NCBI GenBank assembly: GCA_016840855.1 | Contig: JAEORO010000069.1 | Coordinates: 32,001-96,000 of the forward strand | Direction: 5' to 3' | DNA: 64,000 nt | Origin: Candidatus Thorarchaeota archaeon | GTDB taxonomy: Archaea > Asgardarchaeota > Thorarchaeia > Thorarchaeales > Thorarchaeaceae | Shown here: positions 60,579 to 64,000 of the stretch, one piece after another | How positions within the stretch are numbered: position 1 is the stretch's first letter | How the letters are laid out: each line of letters starts with the position of its first letter | Made by a program: the position numbers and the translations under genes | Notes under the pieces: generated by a model | The model's database searches: none | What the model was told of the DNA's origin: nothing | What the model saw: only the letters and a program-made list of their open reading frames with translations

Positions 60579-61571
60579 TTGAACATCATGGCGCACAAAG
60601 TGTTTGTTACTCGGAAAATTCCTCAAGAAGGCATCGACATGCTCACAAGCAAATTCGATGTCTCTATTTGGCAATCTGAATATCCTCCCACAAAAAATGA
60701 GATAATTGAAATGGCAGCAGACTGCCAGGGACTAATAACTCTCCTCTCAGACCCTGTTGATTCGGAACTGATCGCAAAACTTCCTAATCTAAGAGTGATT
60801 GCACAGTACGCTGTTGGTTATGACAATATTGATGTGAAAGAAGCATCAAAGAGGGGAATCCTAATCACCAATACTCCAGGAGTCCTAACAGAAACTACAG
60901 CAGATTTGACTTGGGCATTAATATTAGCTACAGCAAGACGTATTGCTGAAGCCGACAGATATGTCAGGAATGGAAAATGGCATGTGGCATGGGGACCTCA
61001 ATTGCTACTAGGAATTGATATTCACGGTGCGACTCTAGGCATAGTTGGCATGGGGAGAATTGGGCAAGCTGTTGCAAGAAGGGCAAGAGGATTCGATATG
61101 AGAGTCCTCTATCACTCCCGAAGTCGCAATGATGATGTTGCTGCTATGGAGAACCAAATGAACCTCAAACCAGCCAAATTGGAAACTCTTCTTCGTGAAT
61201 CCGATATTGTGAGTCTGCATGTTCCTCTTACCTCTGAAACCTACCATCTCATTGGGAAGAAAGAGATAGAAATGATGAAACAAGGTGCCATATTAATCAA
61301 CACCTCTAGAGGACAGGTTGTCAATCAAGAGGCATTAGTAGAAGCTCTTTCAACTGGAAAACTCGGAGGTGCAGGGATTGATGTATTTAGGGAAGAGCCA
61401 ATTAAGGAGGATGATCCATTGTTAGATCTTGAAAATGTGGTCCTTGTCCCACATATAGGAAGTGCCAGTAGAAAAACAAGGACAACAATGTCTGTAATGT
61501 GTGCAAGGAACGTTATTGCTGCTTTGAATAATGAGAAGCCGCCAAATATTGTAAACCCGGAGGTATTCTGA
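60579..61571 (+). CDS. gyaR: Glyoxylate/hydroxypyruvate reductase (D-2-hydroxyacid dehydrogenase)
   Basis: AVGYDNID, TNTPGVLTETTAD, G.GRIG, INTSRG and PHIGSA motifs. Confidence 0.9.
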   Translation: MNIMAHKVFVTRKIPQEGIDMLTSKFDVSIWQSEYPPTKNEIIEMAADCQGLITLLSDPVDSELIAKLPNLRVIAQYAVGYDNIDVKEASKRGILITNTPGVLTETTADLTWALILATARRIAEADRYVRNGKWHVAWGPQLLLGIDIHGATLGIVGMGRIGQAVARRARGFDMRVLYHSRSRNDDVAAMENQMNLKPAKLETLLRESDIVSLHVPLTSETYHLIGKKEIEMMKQGAILINTSRGQVVNQEALVEALSTGKLGGAGIDVFREEPIKEDDPLLDLENVVLVPHIGSASRKTRTTMSVMCARNVIAALNNEKPPNIVNPEVF

Positions 61572-62105
61572 TTGAGTATCGAGTGTATTAAAAAATTGAT
61601 GTCACGACAATCAATTAGAAGATTTACAAGTGAACCTATTCCTGATTCAACAATAGAAGAACTAGTAAGTATAGGAACTAGGGCACCGAGTGCAGGGAAT
61701 CGTCAGCCATGGAGGATTATTATTGTAACAAATAAGGATTTGAGGAAACATCTTGCAAATGATGCATTTAACCAAGATTTCATTGCTGGTGCACCGGTCA
61801 TCTTTGTCATATGTGCAGTCCCCGAAGAGTCAGCTGAAAGATATCATGATCGTGGAAGAACCCTCTATGTCTATCAAGATACAGCAGCTCTCACTTTGAA
61901 CATTCTATATGGCGCACATTTTCATGGGTATGGAGCGTGCTGGATAGGAGCGTTTGACGAGGATGCAGTTTCAAAAACTCTCAAAATACCATTCAACATG
62001 CGACCTGTTTCGATGATACCAGTGGGCAAAATTGATGGAGCTTGTCCACCTCTGCGACAAAGAAGAAAATCCTCTGAGATTATTATACAGGAGAGTTTTC
62101 CCTAA
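61572..62105 (+). CDS. Nitroreductase family protein
   Basis: R.SIRRF, APSAGNRQPW and G.GACWIGAF motifs. Confidence 0.9.
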   Translation: MSIECIKKLMSRQSIRRFTSEPIPDSTIEELVSIGTRAPSAGNRQPWRIIIVTNKDLRKHLANDAFNQDFIAGAPVIFVICAVPEESAERYHDRGRTLYVYQDTAALTLNILYGAHFHGYGACWIGAFDEDAVSKTLKIPFNMRPVSMIPVGKIDGACPPLRQRRKSSEIIIQESFP

Positions 62106-62194
62106 CCAAATTTAGTTTTAATTTGTTGAATTATGAAGTGACAAATGGAACTTCAGATTGGCTTGGGGTAGGTCCTGACGAGCTTCACTATTTG

Positions 62195-62233
62195 AAACAA
62201 GAAAAAGAAGGGGGATGGGGGCAAAGCCCCCAT
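62195..62233 (-). terminator. GC hairpin plus U-tract after the surface protein gene
   Basis: ATGGGGGC-AAA-GCCCCCAT (62215-62233), followed on the minus strand by CTTCTTTTTCTT. Confidence 0.55.
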
Positions 62234-62264
62234 GTTCCGTTAAACTATACTTCCTCTGTAGCTA

Positions 62265-64000
62265 CTACTTCTTCCTAATTAGGAAGAGTATCAACAGCAC
62301 AACAACACCAACACCGATTCCACCAATCAATCCAATAAGGAGTGGATCAAAAATCACCTCACCTGTTGTAGGTGTGGTTGGTGGGGTGGATGTAGTGGGT
62401 GGCGGTGTTGTGACTGGCACATTACCTGCAGAGAATGGACCACTGATTGAGTCTACGTATAGAGCCATTGGACCGTATGAGTCTGGTGGACTCTCAGCAG
62501 TACCGAGTGGTTCGCCGTCAACTATGATTCCAAGGTCAACGCTGTATACTCGTACTCTATAGTAGTAGTCGCCTTCAAGCCATCCATCCGAATCCCAGAC
62601 AAAGAACGTTTCAGTCAAGTTCTGCCCTAAGAGCTGGTATGTATCGCCTCCATCTGAGCTAAGCCAGACCATGTAGAAGATGGAATCATCCTCGTTTCGG
62701 TCTGTCGCTGAGAATGTGAAGTTATAGCGATCATCACCAAGATCGATAGCATCATTGATTGTTAGTTTCGGTCCGAAGAAGTTACGGAAGGTGACTTTTC
62801 CAAAGTCAATGAGCCAGACGACATCAGTTTCAGTCCAGCAGTACAGGTAGATGTCCATAGTCTTGTTGACTAGTATGTTATAGGTGTCATATGTGACAAG
62901 ATCTGTAGCACTTGGCAAGTCAATTGAAACCCTTGTGTCAACTTCAAGCATGTAGCTCTGATGGTTGTATGCCCAAGCCCAGCAGAACACACGGATGGCA
63001 ATGTACATGTCAGCAGGAGAAATGTATGTACCAGTTTCAGCTGCTCCACCGCCTCCGTTGTCCACAGACAGGAGCGCAGCTCCAGTGTTATCTGGAACCT
63101 CATTAAGCTCTACAAGCCCGTTAGAATTGAGATCATTCCATTCATAGACATCGAATGATGGGTCTGCACTGCCTTGTGCATCTAAGGTCACGACGACTGT
63201 GTCACCTGCAGATATGGGACCGACAGTTTGCCAGATGTAGATATCAGTGCTGGTCAATGGAACTGGCCAGGTATCAGCACCTTGGGGATCTGCATATGTA
63301 CCTGTTGGATGTGCATAAAGACCACTCAAGAGACTCAGTTGTGTACCAGTAATGACTGAGTATTCCGGAAGTCCAGCCACATCTGGAATGGTCCAATTGG
63401 TTGTCACGACAATATGGTCTCCAATCAACACATCATCCTCGGAGATGCTTGTTGGGGTTGTCATATCTTTAGCAGTCCACTTGAAATCGTTCTCAGCTTG
63501 CGTCAAGGCTGTTGGGCCATAGACCTGGAACGTAATTTTGATGGGTTCCGGTACATCCGCACCATCAAACACGTGGATGTTGTATTCAAACCAGTATGTA
63601 CCATTTATCAGATAGCCAGGATCCCAAATAATGGTGTTAGTCAAATCACCTGTTGGTTGTGGGTCAAATGGACGACCACCATCATTTGTGCCTGTGATAG
63701 TAGCACCGAGTTCATCCCTTAGTTGCATGTCAACTACAGTTCCTTGGTTCATCCACTCAGCTCTCATGACGAGAACTGATGCATTGATTGCATCGTTGTA
63801 CGGAATATCGATGTGGAATATTGTGAAACCACCGCCCTCTTGAGTACTGTCTGTACCAGGAGTGAAGTGTGTTATCGCTGTTCCACTATCGTATGGGGTC
63901 ACTTCGGGACCTGCTCCATCGACAAGGACCATTTCAGCACCCGCTGCACCATCAAGAGGCATCTCGACAGTGTAGGAGTATGGTATCTCGTGAGTGAAGC
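62265..64000 (-). CDS. Large secreted, membrane-anchored surface protein, C-terminal part (N-terminus beyond the window end)
   Basis: Frame stays open to the window edge; beta-rich acidic domains, DLNSNG Ca-binding-like loop, FN3-like YYYRVR, Thr/Pro linker, C-terminal TM helix plus RKK. Confidence 0.8.
   Translation of the reverse strand, partial: FTHEIPYSYTVEMPLDGAAGAEMVLVDGAGPEVTPYDSGTAITHFTPGTDSTQEGGGFTIFHIDIPYNDAINASVLVMRAEWMNQGTVVDMQLRDELGATITGTNDGGRPFDPQPTGDLTNTIIWDPGYLINGTYWFEYNIHVFDGADVPEPIKITFQVYGPTALTQAENDFKWTAKDMTTPTSISEDDVLIGDHIVVTTNWTIPDVAGLPEYSVITGTQLSLLSGLYAHPTGTYADPQGADTWPVPLTSTDIYIWQTVGPISAGDTVVVTLDAQGSADPSFDVYEWNDLNSNGLVELNEVPDNTGAALLSVDNGGGGAAETGTYISPADMYIAIRVFCWAWAYNHQSYMLEVDTRVSIDLPSATDLVTYDTYNILVNKTMDIYLYCWTETDVVWLIDFGKVTFRNFFGPKLTINDAIDLGDDRYNFTFSATDRNEDDSIFYMVWLSSDGGDTYQLLGQNLTETFFVWDSDGWLEGDYYYRVRVYSVDLGIIVDGEPLGTAESPPDSYGPMALYVDSISGPFSAGNVPVTTPPPTTSTPPTTPTTGEVIFDPLLIGLIGGIGVGVVVLLILFLIRKK

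Noticed and set aside
62177-62200. CTGACGAG...GAAAC resembling a hammerhead ribozyme core
   Set aside because: The sequence between CUGACGA and GAAA cannot form stem II, and I found no matching stems I and III.

Overview
Gene-dense archaeal chromosomal segment, most likely from an Asgard archaeon (probably Thorarchaeia). This is inferred from archaeal informational genes (aRF1, archaeal-type pheS/pheT, radA, top6A/B, geranylgeranyl reductase, cofE) occurring with eukaryotic-signature proteins (two Rab-like small GTPases, a roadblock/LC7 protein). The window holds about 58 conventional CDSs. These include a catabolic cluster (UroD-like protein, RraA, aminotransferase, glycyl radical enzyme, KDG kinase, KDPG aldolase), an SCP2 + twin FAD oxidoreductase + Fe-S operon, housekeeping genes, grpE-dnaK-dnaJ and transporters. 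I found no tRNA, rRNA, CRISPR array or transposase. The most striking unannotated feature lies in the apparently empty 1.2 kb gap at 42.85-44.05 kb. Its minus strand carries a closely packed, Shine-Dalgarno-linked array of 22-42 aa micro-ORFs, three of which share a T-Q-A-[IL]-x-x-A-[YF] motif written with different synonymous codons. The same gap has a duplicated TATA-linked motif, palindromic operator-like sites and a strand-specific double hairpin upstream of an MFS transporter. Other notable items are a glycyl radical enzyme clustered with Entner-Doudoroff enzymes, a Cas4-like nuclease split into two membrane-anchored halves, a Top6A with a long Lys-rich/HhH extension, and a structured GC-rich element at 15.16-15.43 kb.
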